DNA of 63,616 nucleotides, counting the filler, from Octopus bimaculoides (taxonomy: Eukaryota), in assembly GCF_001194135.2 (NCBI RefSeq). It is 3 parts of 3 records of this genome, joined end to end, with 100 filler letters (N's around TTAATTAATTAA, not from the genome) between each part and the next. Parts side by side here need not be neighbours in the genome. Positions count along the whole stretch, not along the records: positions 1 to 24,243 come from NC_069003.1; 2 more parts are not named here. One strand, given 5' to 3'. Each line of letters starts with the position of its first letter. The stretch's first letter is position 1. Under the pieces are notes generated by a model, which did not search any database, was not told the origin of the DNA, and was given only the letters and a program-made list of their open reading frames with translations. Below are positions 1 to 13,003 of the stretch, one piece after another. A program made the position numbers and the translations under genes.

Positions 1-1199
1 AAGTTTTCACAAGACAAAAAAAAATTCTCAGTTCGCCGTTATGTTGACTCGACCACGCCTACCAATGACGACGAACGAGAAACACAATTTGCTCACTAAA
101 TGAGCAACAACTTAAAGCCGCCGAAAGCAAACGGAACTGCCCCAGAGCTATACGAAATTTACTGAAAAAAATTGAAACACAATAAATTACACACAGCTCA
201 AAAAACAATTCCACCTACCTCGGTCGACCTCAATTTTGGACAGCGTTAAACACAGTGTCCACTTTGGTTCAACTGGAAGCAGCTAATGCGCAAGACCGGA
301 AGCTAGCTAACAGAAGCAAGCAAGCTTCTTACCACACACCCACTCCTGATATATATTTTTTAAACTTCTTTTTATATCTATATTTTTATATTCCATTTTT
401 AGATTCTTTTCTTTTCATATTCTATACATATATGTAACGTATTTTATATTTTTATATTCTATATTCATATGTAGCGTGTGTTTTATACATACAGACAGAG
501 AGGCAGACAGACACGTGCGTGTGTGTTTGTATGTATGTGTTTGTATGTATGTATATATGCACGCACAACATTATACTAATCAATTTTATTGTCATGCGAC
601 GATGCACAAGAGAGAAACTAATCTTGAGCACATATACTACTGGAAATGTCGAGCTTGTCTGTGATACATAAACAAAATCATTTCTTTTTATACGTGATGC
701 ATACTGGACAAAAATTAGATCCAAAGTCATCATACAAATTCGTAATTTTTTTTTTAAATAGGATAGTTAAAAGGCCTTTAAAATATCTTTTCGGGTAATT
801 TTCTTTTAATCAAACCCTTTAGCCACACAACTGAAAGCATTAAAAATAATCTAATTTTCAACGGACGCTGTAAACACTCTTTAAAAGGTCAATTGTAGTC
901 AATCACGAAAAACATCAGTGAAAATATCCCTTCGGTGGGATGTTGACAGTTTACGATGGGGATTCGTTGTATTTTGTTTTTGATTTTTTTTTTTTTTTTG
1001 TATTTCTCTTATTTCGTGTACATATTTTAGAACAAAGGTTGTGGCCATGCTGGAGCACCGCCAATATAATCAACTTTTCAGTGGCCATTCTTATGCGATT
1101 GGCATTTGATGTTCGATACAGTTGCCCACTTTTGTGTTTCTTGCCGAGATATAGGTTCATCTGGTACCAGATGGATAGAGGGAGAGAAAGAAAGAAAAT

Positions 1200-1480
1200 T
1201 AGGAGGGGGTAGGAGGGGAGAGAGGTAGGAGGGGAGAGAGGTAGGAGGGGAGGGAGGTAGGAGAGGAGAGAGGTAGGAGGAGAGAGAGGTAGGAGGGGAG
1301 AGAGGTAGGAGGGGAGAGAGGTAGGAGGGGAGATAGGTAGGAGGGGAGAGAGGTAGGAGGGGAAAGAGGTAGGAGGGGAGAGAGAGGTGATAGGGATAGA
1401 GAAATGGTTAGATAGATAGTAGGTAGGTAGGTAGGTAGGTAGGTAAGTAAGTAGGTAGGTAGGTAGGTAGGTAGGTAGAT
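1200..1480. repeat. Purine-rich minisatellite (about 16-bp AGGTAGGAGGGGAGAG) grading into (AGGT)n
   Basis: Tandem units directly visible. Confidence 0.9.
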
Positions 1481-1559
1481 GGATATAAAAATAGATGGAT
1501 AACCTATTCGTTTGTTCAGGGATTCCGCTATTCGGATAAAAAGCACTAAATATTACTCT

Positions 1560-1696
1560 TTTACTCTTTTACTTGCTTCAGTCATTTGACTGGCCATGCT
1601 GGAGCACCGCTAAGTTACGGGGACGTAAACATACCAGCATCGGTTGTCAAGCGATGTTGAGGGGACAAACACAGACACACAAACATATACACACAC

Positions 1697-1736
<40 letters not shown>

Positions 1737-2130
1737 GACGGGCTTCTGTCAGATCCGTCTTATTTCTTTATTGCCCACAAGGGGCTAAACATAGAGGGGA
1801 CAAACAAGGACAGACAAAGGGATTAAGTCGATTACATCGACCCCAGTGCGTAACTGGTACTTAATTTATTGACCCCGAGAGGATGAAAGGCAAAGTCGAC
1901 CTCGGCGGAATTTGAACTCAAAATGTAACGGCAGACGAAATACCGCTACGCATTTCGCCCGGTTTTCTGACGTCTCTGCCAACTCATCGCCTTTCAGATC
2001 CGTCTACCAAATCCACTCACAAGGCTTTGGTCGGCCCGAGGCTATAGTCGAAGGTGCCACGCAGTGGGACTGAACCCGGAACCATGTGGTTCGTAAGCAA
2101 GCTACTTACCACACAGCCACTCCTACGCCA
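1560..2130 (-). mobile_element. tRNA-derived SINE family A (host of a nested insertion)
   Basis: Minus-strand head GGCGTAGGAGTGGCTGTGTGG...GGTTCAGTCCC (A/B boxes); body shared with many other copies in the window. Confidence 0.85.
1761..1993 (-). mobile_element. SINE family B nested in SINE A, 12-bp TSD
   Basis: TCAGATCCGTCT at 1749-1760 and 1994-2005. Body matches copies at 27980-28200 and 30615-30830. Confidence 0.88.
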
Positions 2131-2584
2131 AACAAAATATTCAAGATTTATTCCATATTTTCCTACAAACTGCCGCTGGTTTTGGGCATCGAAGTCTGTC
2201 AGGTATTAAGTCATCAGTTATAAAGATATCTTAGAATAACAACAACAACAACAGCAAATAAAATATGCAAGGAATAAGAACAAGAAAGCTTTTTCAGATT
2301 GTACAGTAAGAGCATAGTATAAAGCAGAAATATTTGGAAGATAAGGAGAGGAAAGAAAAAATAATATGAGTATAAGACGAGAACTTGTATAGTTCTGGAA
2401 TCAAAAATATCGAATAAAAATAATTATTGGGGAAAAAAATAATCAACGTTAGGCGCAGGTGTGGTTGTGTGGTTATGAAGCTTGCTTTCCAACTACGTCG
2501 CTTTGGGTTCAGTCTTAGGCCGACCAAAGCCTTTTGAGTGGATTTGACATCCACATGCACTAAACTGAAAAAGCCCTCAGCACA

Positions 2585-2638
<54 letters not shown>

Positions 2639-3104
2639 TATATATATATACATACATACATACATACATACATACATGCATGCATATATGGGTACAGGAT
2701 GTCGCCAACAATGCAAATAACATGAAATACGTAAACAAACGAGAGAAAAGTGAATGAAATACGTAAGCAACAAAAGAAAAATGGAAAACAGGACAAGTAA
2801 ACACAGAGAAATGACCCTTCATCAGTTGTCGGCTCTCTATCAACTCCTCATTTCCAGCATTCAACGACAATATGAATCTTCAAAGACAAGTGCTCCCATA
2901 AATTCTAAAATAAAATTTAGGATTTATGGAGGGTCAAAGTTGGGAATAAAACAATGACAGTGGAGACATACAAGGAAACCGAACGAAAACCAGCATGGAG
3001 GGTCGTTAGACCAGAACGAGAGGAAAATATTGAACGCTGGGAGAAACATTTTTTGAAAAGAGGAAAGATAGAAGAGGTATATATAAACATACATACACAT
3101 AAAG

Positions 3105-3290
3105 TGTCGGCCCACAACCATGTGATAGTGAGTTCGATTCCAAGACCGGGCTCTGTGTTGCGTTCTTCAGCGAGGCACTTTATTTTGCATTGTTCTAGTT
3201 CACCCAGCTATAGAAATGAGTTGTCACTGGTGCCAAACTGTATCGGCCTTTGACTTTCATTTGGATAACATCAGTGGTGTGGAGTGCTTT
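3105..3290 (+). mobile_element. SINE family D fragment
   Basis: B box GAGTTCGATTCC; body shared with 34510-34800 and 47985-48250. Confidence 0.75.
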
Positions 3291-4167
3291 GTCTCGTTTT
3301 GCATGTGTGTGTGTGTGTGTGTGTGTATTTAATATATCTAATTTGTTTATCCACATAATTGCCTACATATATATCTATATATATCTATGTATATATATGC
3401 ATACATATATATACATATATACATACATAAATGTGTGCGTGNNNNNNNNNNNNNNNNNNNNNNNNNNNNNNNNNNNNNNNNNNNNNNNNNNNNNNNNNNN
3501 NNNNNNNNNNNNNNNNNNNNNNNNNNNNNNNNNNNNNNNNNNNNNNNNNNNNNNNNNNNNNNNNNNNNNNNNNNNNNNNNNNNNNNNNNNNNNNNNNNNN
3601 NNNATATATATACATATATACATACATATACGTGTGTGTGTGTGTATCTGTCTGAATATTATTGACTACTTCCCCCACCATCACTTGACAACCAGTGTTG
3701 GTTTATTTACATCCCCCGTAACTTACCCGACTCGTCAAAAGATACCGATAGAATGAATACCAGTAAAAAAGTACTGGGATCGATTTATTCAACTGCAAAA
3801 CAAAAACATCCCTTCACTCTGGTAGCCAAGCATGGTCGGAGTTCAGTGACTGAAACAAGTAAAAGCTTCACAGTAAAATATTTGAAAATGGTATAATTTC
3901 AAATAATGCTTGATGGGGGTAAAAAGGATGGTAAGCTTTAAGAGTTGTGTCATTAAGAAAGATGGAGGTGGTTGCATTAAAATAGTTTGAAGATAACAGT
4001 AAAGTAATTAATGACAAAATATGTCTCGAATTATAAAGTGATTAATAAACAGATAAATATTGATGCCTATACATATTTATTTATACTCCCAGTAATAGAT
4101 AAATATAAAGGTACGTGTATATTTATATGTATATATATATGTGTGTGTTTTATATATATACATTCCT

Positions 4168-4235
<68 letters not shown>

Positions 4236-4501
4236 NNNNNNNNNNTGTGTGTGTGTGTGTACGCATGTATGTATATATGAATATATATATAGCTAGTAAA
4301 AGTAGAAAATTTTAATGCCAGAAATAAAATTAATGTGATTATACATTAACCAGTCCGATATGGTAACAGATGAGTCAAATACCATTTATGTATATTACCT
4401 TGTGTGTGTGTATGCGTGTGTGTGTATGCGTGTGTGTGTATGCGTGTGTGTGTATGCGTGTGTGTGTATGCGTGTGTGTGTGTTTAGATAGACAGATAGA
4501 C

Positions 4502-4552
<51 letters not shown>

Positions 4553-4595
4553 CAGATAGAAAGATAGATAGATATAAATACAAAAACACACGAAC

Positions 4596-4637
<42 letters not shown>

Positions 4638-4817
4638 ATATACATAAATATGTTCCAGAGAAGAGAGCCAATATACACAAAAACACATGTAAAATGACTC
4701 TTGCAAAGTCACTGCAGATACTCTTTCAGAGTTTCCTAGTATGTGGTAAATTTCCTAACATTCAAAAAGGGGGGGGGGGGTAATATGCCCTGTCCATAAA
4801 GGAGGANNNNNNNNNNT

Positions 4818-5884
4818 GGTAAATTTCCTAACATTCAAAAAGGGGGGGGGGGGTAATATGCCCTGTCCATAAAGGAGGAAGCAGAGCAGATGCTCAAAAC
4901 AACAGGTCCATCTCTCTGACCTCATATGTTAGCAATACAATGGAACACATTGTCAGAAAAAGGCTGATCACGTTCCTAGAAGAAAACATTCTCACAAACA
5001 CGCAACATATGCTTCCGTCCGGAGAGGAGCTGCCTCACACAGTTGCTGCAGCACCTTGACTGGATACTGAAGCAACAGCTAAACCAGTCAGCTGTAGACG
5101 TAATAAACCTCGACTTTGCCAAAGCCTTCGACAAGGTTGATTATGGCATGATATGTCAGAAACTACGAAACCTTGGTATTACCGGGAAACTGGGAGAGTG
5201 GCTATATGATTTTCTGAATGGCAGGAGTCAGACAGTTGTAGCCAATGATGCTCACTCTGAAGAGACACCAATTCGCAGAGGAGTCCCACAGGGAACTGTA
5301 CTGGGGCCACTACTATTTGTGGTGGCCCTTTCAGACATGCCCTCCGTTGTACAGTCAGTCAGTCTGACCAGTTATGCTGACAACACGAAAGTATCGCAGG
5401 CAATTAGAAACCAAGAGGACATCATAAAACTGCAGAAAGATCTGAATACAAATAGGCTAACAAAAATAACATGCACTTCAATGCTATGAAATTTCAGGCA
5501 CTCCACTATCGGTCCAACACCAGGCTAAAATCGGAATATACTGGACCAGAAGGTAATACGATCCCAAAGTCAGAGTCGTTGCATGACTTGGGGGCTCCCA
5601 TGAGCAATGATACAACATTCCATGTGCATATTACCAAGATGGCATCACTGTGCAGGTGAGTGCCTGGATGGATTCTGAGGACATTCAGAACCCTCAGCCG
5701 CTTGGACTGCTCCCAACTATGGTCTCCAGAGAGTGTGAAAGAAATTGTGGAACTCGAAACAATCCAGCGCCAATACACAAAGAAGATTGACTTGATGCAA
5801 AAGATGGGCTACTGAGAGAGGCTAAAGAAGTTGAGTCTCTATTCCCTGGAGAGAAGACGAGAGAGATATGCGGTGATATATATT
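4818..5884 (+). pseudogene. CR1/L2-group LINE reverse transcriptase remnant
   Basis: PVHKGGSRADAQN..PISL, LDFAKAFDKVD, GVPQGTVLGPLLF, YADNT and a C-terminal RRRERY; frameshifts and stops. Confidence 0.9.
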
Positions 5885-6494
5885 TGTTTCAGTCATTTGC
5901 GGTGATATATATACGCGTTTCTGGATTAAAGAGATGTAGAATTTTATTTTTACTCACTTATTTCCGTGTAGTATTTCAATTGTAAATTTGAGAGTGCTAA
6001 TAATTAAAATACGCATTCGACCAAGCGACATCGAATAGCTAATATCTAAAAACCAGCATTTCCGAATTTATACAGACGAGTGAGAACTCACATTCTTTTC
6101 TAATCACCCACGTGTGTCACGAGTAATCCCGCATATGTAGTTGATCAAAGCGGGTGGATTCGTTATTTTTTTCTCTTTACCTACGTGAATTGAGAGTATT
6201 GCTGTCTGGGAGATATCATATGGTAGAGGAATAGTATTTAACTGCTATTTCTAAATTTCGGCAAGTGGTGAAGCAATTTGCTGAACCCTAATTATAATTA
6301 TGCTTATAATTATAGAAGGTTACCGATAAAGATTAGTTTAACATACTGAACTACTTGGTAAAATTATCAATTAATAATTATTAATTAATTAATTTTACCC
6401 TTTATTATCAGTGAATATATATATATATATTCATGATTAAATAAAAGCAGAATCCAATATGACTGTCACAAGCAGAATCCAATATGACTGTCAG

Positions 6495-6857
6495 ACAATT
6501 TCTGCGACCACATCACTCCTAACATCTGGCCACCTAACCCCCCAGACTGCAACCTACTTGATTATTATGTGTGGAGTGCAGTTGAGCGAAAGAGCAACAC
6601 AACTCCTTGTAACACCACAGATGAAATGGAAGTAAGGATTATGGCAGCATTCACCAACTTAAACAAAGAGACCATCCAGAAGAATTGCAGGAAATTCCGA
6701 AGTCGCCTGGAGGTCGTGGTTGAAGGCAATAGCAATTTTATTAAATATATTTACTCTTTAGCATTTCAAAATATTTTAATGTAATTTTGGTAAATATATC
6801 TATCAGTGTTATTTTCATTTTTGCGTAATTTAGACAATACATTTACCGCACCCTGTA
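6495..6857 (+). pseudogene. Tc1/mariner transposase C-terminal remnant with 3' TIR
   Basis: WPPNPPDCNLLDYYVWSAVE (cf. WPP.SPDLNP.DY.VW); ends ...CACCCTGTA. Confidence 0.85.
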
Positions 6858-6858
6858 A

Positions 6859-6889
<31 letters not shown>

Positions 6890-7704
6890 TTATTGTATGT
6901 ATGTATGTATGTATGTATGTCGCCGCTACAGGCAAAATTCTGAAACTACTTTTAATAAGATTATCGAAACGCGGAGTAGATGGAACAGGGACAACTGACG
7001 AAGGGATATACTCTTTATGTTGCATGTCTCGTTTCTCTGTTTGTTTGGTCTTTTTTTCCTTGTTCGAAAAAGGTTCGTTTTCTGTTTTCGTTTTTATATT
7101 TTCGTTTCTCATTGTGTTTAATGTATTTTTGTGATATCCTGTACCCATATATGCATGTATGTATACATATAGATGTCGGTATGTACATATATGTATAGAT
7201 ATATGCATATGTTTGTACATTATTTATATTATATATATATATATATATGTATGTATACATTGTGTGTGTGTGTTTGTGTTTGTATGTTTGTATTTATGTA
7301 TGTATCTATGTATCTATGTTGCTATGTATGTGTGTGTGTGCGCGCGTATTGTGTGTGTGTGAGCATTACAGATCTTGGGGAAAGTAAAAGGTAGGATACC
7401 TGAATAACAGTGTGATCCGAGAGAGAGAGAGAAAGCAGGCGAGGAAATATCCTAATTATATTAACTACATCAGATATACTAAATACCACTACTACTAAAT
7501 ACAGCAACGGAAAGAGCAAAAAGTAAAACAGTAACGGCAACAGCAGCAGCAGCAAGTTATAGCGAAAATTAAGTTAATACTTGGAATAAGCTTATAAATA
7601 TATAAGCATATACGTGCATTAATAAAAGATCGCGTACATACATACATACATACATACATACATACATACATACATACATACATACATACATACATACAAA
7701 CATA

Positions 7705-7795
7705 CATACATAGGAGCACTCCGTCGGTTACGATGACGATGGTCCCAGCTGATACGATCAACAGAACATCTTGCTCGTGAAATTAACGTGCAAGC
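7705..7795 (-). mobile_element. SINE family C 3' fragment
   Basis: Reverse complement of the 26600-26680 tail (CACGAGCA...GTAACCGACGGAGTGC). Confidence 0.7.
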
Positions 7796-7849
7796 GCCTT
7801 TCCTGCTCCAGGGTGTGGGAAAGTGTTGCAAGCACCCTGTCATGGCGTC

Positions 7850-8440
7850 ATTTATATTTGCGTTAAGAAAGTGCTATTCTGCACTCTGATAAGATGTGTG
7901 CCAGTGATGGAAGACCAAAGTCTACACAGTTGGTCTTCCATCAAGCGCCATCTGCGCAGGTTTGTTGGCGTCGAGAGTGTGTCATGCTGTGTGCAACGAA
8001 CAATACCACTTAAGAGTCGGGCAACAATTACGTTACAACATCTGGCAACGAGATGTCAAGGGTATAAAAGTGGCGACGAGATATTCGAAACATGCGTCGG
8101 ACGTTAATTTTTTTTGTTTTGTTTTGTACGAAGTCAAAGAAAAAAAATCATTAACATGGAAGACTTATTGGCTTGCGTGATGCAGTTACAACAACAACTA
8201 CAACAGTAACAACAATACCAACAGTTACTGGAAGTAATGTTGAAGAAGTCTGAAAATACTGTAGGTTCGTTCTCGTCTGGTGAATTTGTTTATAACCCTG
8301 AAGAAGGTACTACTTTTTCTGCATGTTTTAGAAGATACGAAGAAATCTTCAAAGAAGAATGACGAGAAGAAGGTGCGACTCCTTTTAAGAAAGTTATCCC
8401 CTTCTGAAAACGAAAAATATTGTAATTACATGAGTGTAAT
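7850..8440 (+). mobile_element. Gypsy/Ty3 LTR retrotransposon 5' remnant (LTR end, PBS, gag N-terminus)
   Basis: ...GTTACAACA LTR-like end at 8040. PBS-like TGGCAACGAG (8043) and TGGCGACGAG (8071). ATG at 8156 leads to FVYNPEEGTTFSACFRRYEEIF..DEKKVRLLLRKLSPSENEKYCNY, typical of invertebrate Gypsy gag. The 5' boundary is a guess. Confidence 0.75.
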
Positions 8441-8448
8441 TGTAATTA

Positions 8449-8905
8449 CAGGAGTGGCTGTGTGGTAATGAGTGTAATTGTAATTACAGGAATGGCTGTG
8501 TGGTAAGTAGCTTCCTTACCAACCACATGGTTCTGGGTTCAGTCCCACTGTGTGGCACCTTGGGCAAGTGTCTTCTNNNNNNNNNNTGGGTTCAGTCCCA
8601 CTGTGTGGCACCTTGGGCAAGTGTCTTCTACTATAGCCTCGGGCCGACCAAAGACTTGTGAGTGGATTTGGTATATATGTATGTGTGTGTATCTGTGTGT
8701 GTGTCTGTGTTTGTCCTCCCAACATCGCTTGACAACCGATGCTGGTGTGTTTACGTCCCCGTAACTTAGCGGTTCGGCAAAAGAGTTCCATAGAATAAGT
8801 ACTAGGCTTCCAACGAATAAGTCCTGGGGTCAATTTGTTCGACTAAAGGCGGTGCTCCAGCATGGCCGCAGTCAAATGACTGAAACAAGTAAAAGAGTAA
8901 AAGAG
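8449..8905 (+). mobile_element. SINE family A
   Basis: GGAGTGGCTGTGTGG head, GGTTCAGTCCC B box, tail GAAACAAGTAAAAGAGTAAAAGAG. Confidence 0.85.
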
Positions 8906-8964
8906 TAAANNNNNNNNNNNNNNNNNNNNNNNNNNNNNNNNNNNNNNNNNNNNNNNNATATATA

Positions 8965-10965
8965 TATATATATACATTATAATTTAGAATAAACAGTAAA
9001 ATGTTGTCATTATTGTACTCAGAGTTTCGAATGCCGGAGCGAAGTGCAACGATGCATTCTCGTTGCCCATTAATGGCAACAGACGCTATAAAAAGCCGTT
9101 GAATAAAAGGGAAGTTACACTAAGAAAAAGAAAAAAATGAAAAAGATTTTAAAAAATGCACGTAATCATATTCTCACAATACATAGGCATAAACCTCCTG
9201 CGTTCACATACGTACACACTCACACAAACATGTTTACGTACATGCACATACACACACACAAACATATGTGTATGTACATACACACATATCCACACACACA
9301 CACCCACGCATCTTTTCCAATATAAACATATTTAATAATGCTGCTCCAATATATAACAATGCCCTTAAAGCTAGTGGATTTTACGAGGAAATAGCTTATA
9401 CACCTAGTATTAGGCCAGAAATAAAGAAAAAAACACATAGACACAGGAAAACTATCTGGTTCACACACCCTTACTCCCCTAAAGTGACCTTTTATTAAAG
9501 GTCACTTTAAATATTTCTTGTCACCTAAAACTAGACATTTTCGAATACATCATAAATATAGGAAACACTTTAATAGGCATAACCTAAAAATAAGTTTTAG
9601 CTCAACCCCAAACTTAAAAAAACATAATTTCACACATTGCAACACGACAACACGAAGCCGGCTGTCCCTGCAGGGATAAAGGCTTGTGCCCGCTAAATGG
9701 AGCCTGTATAACCGAGACCATTATTTATGAAGCTACCGTAAATTCTACGAAGACTAATAACACAGTTTCATCCAAGAGAGATGTGGGTCGCACAGAGGGA
9801 AATTTCAAAGCAAGGTTCAACAATTACACTTTAAGCTTCAGGCACTGGAATAAACGAAAAACTATCAAATTATCAAATTATAATGGTTCTTAAAGAACAA
9901 TGTGTCAACTACAGAATTTACTGGAAGAACTTAGCCAAGTGTAAACCTTATACCAACGGTAGTGGTAAGTATAGACTTTGTAATGTGGAAAGATGGCTCA
10001 TCTGGAAAAGTTCTTTGGACCCGGTTACATGTCTAAATTCAAGAACTGAACTTTTGGGATCATGTCCACATGTGACAAAATGCCTATTACAGTTTTGGTC
10101 CCACCAAGATCACGACTAGGAACCACATTTTTACCATGTTTCTGCACAAGCTTCTCGTGTCTTAACTTCTTTTAATTTTTTATTTTTTGTATATTTTTTT
10201 CATTTTTTCCTTTTTCCTTTTTAATTGAGTGAATGTGTACGTCTGTGAGTATATGTATATGTATGTATATATTTCATATGTATATGTGTGTACGTGTGTA
10301 TATATATGTATGTGAATATGTATGTGTATGAATGTAAGACTGTATCCGGTGCATAAGTGCGACTTTCATGCACACGTCCCCTTCATTTATACGGATATGC
10401 GTATGTTTGTGCATGTGAGGGTGTATATGTGTATAATTATATATATATATATTTGTTTTACAAGATTTTTGATGTGAAATCATGTGTTGAAACAGATGTT
10501 GTTGTACTTGTGTGTGTGTATGTATATGTGTGTATACGAGAGTGTGAATGTATGTCTGTATGTATATACGTATATTTATATGTATAAATGTCTAAATATA
10601 TATGTATTATATTTCGTGTATGCATGTAAACACCAATGTGTGTATGTATGAGTACGTGCATACACATATATGTTTGTGAATGTACGTATACATGTATGTG
10701 TGAGTGTGTACTATGTAGACGTTATGAATGCAGGCGTTTTATGTCTATGTATTGAGAAGATGGTTGCGTGTATTGTCTATATTTTTTATTTTTTTATTTT
10801 TGTACCTAATAGAGTAAATTCCCTTTTATTCAACGGTTTTTCTTAGCGTCTGTTGTCATTAATAGGCGACGAGAATGCATCGTACTTCTTCGCTCCGGCA
10901 TTCGAAACTCCGAGTACTATAACGAAAACTTTTTACTGTTTATTCTAAATGATAACATATATAAA
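8965..10965 (+). mobile_element. 5'-truncated Penelope-like element (RT thumb, Cys linker, GIY-YIG) flanked by ~160-bp inverted repeats
   Basis: 9310-10105 frameshifted: NNAAPIYNNALKASGF, CPLNGACITETIIYEATV, VGRTEGNFKARFNNYTLSFRH, LNSRTELLGSCPH. 8965-9125 is the reverse complement of 10808-10965. Confidence 0.88.
10862..10920 (+). ncRNA. Hammerhead-like fold with non-canonical core (GCGACGA)
   Basis: ATAG-GCGACGA-GAATGC..GCATTC-GAAA-CTCCGAG-TA-CTAT. All three stems are present, but core positions 3-4 deviate. Inverted copy at 9012-9072. Confidence 0.45.
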
Positions 10966-11021
10966 TACCCTCTATTTATCTAATATCGCGGTCTCATTCT
11001 TTTGTTGTTACTTTTATTATA

Positions 11022-11057
<36 letters not shown>

Positions 11058-11112
11058 GTTATTGTTATTAATATTAATATTATTATTACATATATATATG
11101 TGTGTGTGTATT

Positions 11113-11145
<33 letters not shown>

Positions 11146-11717
11146 NNNNNNNNNNNNNNNNNNNNNNNNNNNNNNNNNNNNNNNNNNNNNNNNNNNNNNN
11201 NNNNNNNNNNNNNNNNNNNNNNNNNNNNNNNNNNNNNNNNNNNNNNNNNNNNNNNNNNNNNNNNNNNNNNNNNNNNNNNNNNNNNNNNNNNNNNNNNNNN
11301 NNNNNNNNNNNNNNNNNNNNNNNNNNNNNNNNNNNNNNNNNNNNNNNNNNNNNNNNNNNNNNNNNNNNNNNNNNNNNNNNNNNNNNNNNNNNNNNNNNNN
11401 NNNNNNNNNNNNNNNNNNNNNNNNNNNNNNNNNNNNNNNNNNNNNNNNNNNNNNNNNNNNNNNNNNNNNNNNNNNNNNNNNNNNNNNNNNNNNNNNNNNN
11501 NNNNNNNNNNNNNNNNNNNNNNNNNNNNNNNNNNNNNNNNNNNNNNNNNNNNNNNNNNNNNNNNNNNNNNNNNNNNNNNNNNNNNNNNNNNNNNNNNNNN
11601 NNNNNNNNNNNNNNNNNNNNNNNNNNNNNNNNNNNNNNNNNNNNNNNNNNNNNNNNNNNNNNNNNNNNNNNNNNNNNNNNNNNNNNNNNNNNNNNNNNNN
11701 NNNNNNNNNNNNNNNNN

Positions 11718-11752
<35 letters not shown>

Positions 11753-11788
11753 ATATATATATGAAAATTTAAAAGTTTAAAAATCTTA

Positions 11789-11822
<34 letters not shown>

Positions 11823-11999
11823 CTTAATAAACACAGTATATATTTTTGCAACATGACGTGTTAGAAAATGCTGCCTGAGTTGTTTTTCATCGCATGAAAC
11901 TTATTAGTAGCTCATAAAAATATAAACTGTGTCTATTAAATAATATTTATCTCTAACCAGATGGAAAACTTCTTTTGCTGATTTCACCTTCATGGAACA

Positions 12000-12180
12000 G
12001 TATTGGGCCGTGGCCATATGGGGCACCACCTTGAAGATTTAGTCAAACAAATGAACCCTACTACTTATTTTTAAGTTTGGTACTAATTCTGTCGGTCTCT
12101 ATTGTCGAACCGCTAAGTTACGAGGACGCAAACAAAGCAAAACCGGTTATCAAGCTGTGGCATGCAGACCAACACATACA
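12000..12180 (-). mobile_element. SINE family A fragment, degenerate
   Basis: Similar to the SINE A tail (CTATCGGTCTC..GAACCGCTAAGTTACG). Confidence 0.65.
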
Positions 12181-12936
12181 CAATGGCACACACAGACATA
12201 TGCATACATATGTGTGTGTGTGCCTCTGTGTGTGTACCTCAGTGTGTATGCGTGTGTACCTCAGAGTGTGTGTGTGTGTGTGTGTGTGCGTAAAGGCTAC
12301 GGAATAGTGCTTTGAGGACGACTACGTCATAGCAGCGAGTATTAAAACACCTGAAAAATTTTCTGAAATTTAATTTTTTTAATTTTTAGAAAACAGTATA
12401 TATATGTATGATGTGGCTTGATATGTAGATAGACGCACAAACAAACGGACAGACAGACAGACAGACAGGTAGACAGGTAGATAGATAGATATAAGCCTGC
12501 ATTTATCAATTCACTTGAAGCAAAGAGACATACGTACATACATACACACACACACGCACACACACGCGCACACGCACACACACACACACACATACATACA
12601 TACATACATACATATATATGCACCCATTAAACTATACATACATAAATAAACCTGGGTATATAAATGAACTGTATGGCGTAGATAACAAGCAACACTTTGT
12701 GTAATAACTGATAATTATAAAAACAGAATGGAAGAACTCTAAAGGGAAGTGTTAATTGATCAAGATAGATCTGAAACTGTGCTGAATTCTTAATGTTCAA
12801 TAAATAGCCTCTAAAATGCTAGACATGATTAAGCAATCAACGTCGTTCGCTTAATTTTGTGCAAGGATTTCTGGTAAATATCGAAGTATCAGTATATAGG
12901 CGTTGTGTCTACATTGCTGCCTGAATGTCTCTCCAC

Positions 12937-13003
<67 letters not shown>

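Noticed and set aside
1200-1400. G-quadruplex-prone minisatellite as a functional element
   Set aside because: No evidence beyond composition; such satellites are common in this sequence.
2690-2900. Repeat family (also 6930-7150, 55430-55620) with CTGAYGAAG and upstream GAAACGC motifs
   Set aside because: CTGAYGA is not followed by stem II plus GAAA, and I could not build a consistent hammerhead in any copy. Left unresolved.
4750-4878. Direct duplications flanking 10-N gaps (also near 8530-8625, 19878-19968, 43665-43770, and 39110/39640 across a longer gap)
   Set aside because: Overlapping contig ends left unmerged by the assembler; not biological repeats.
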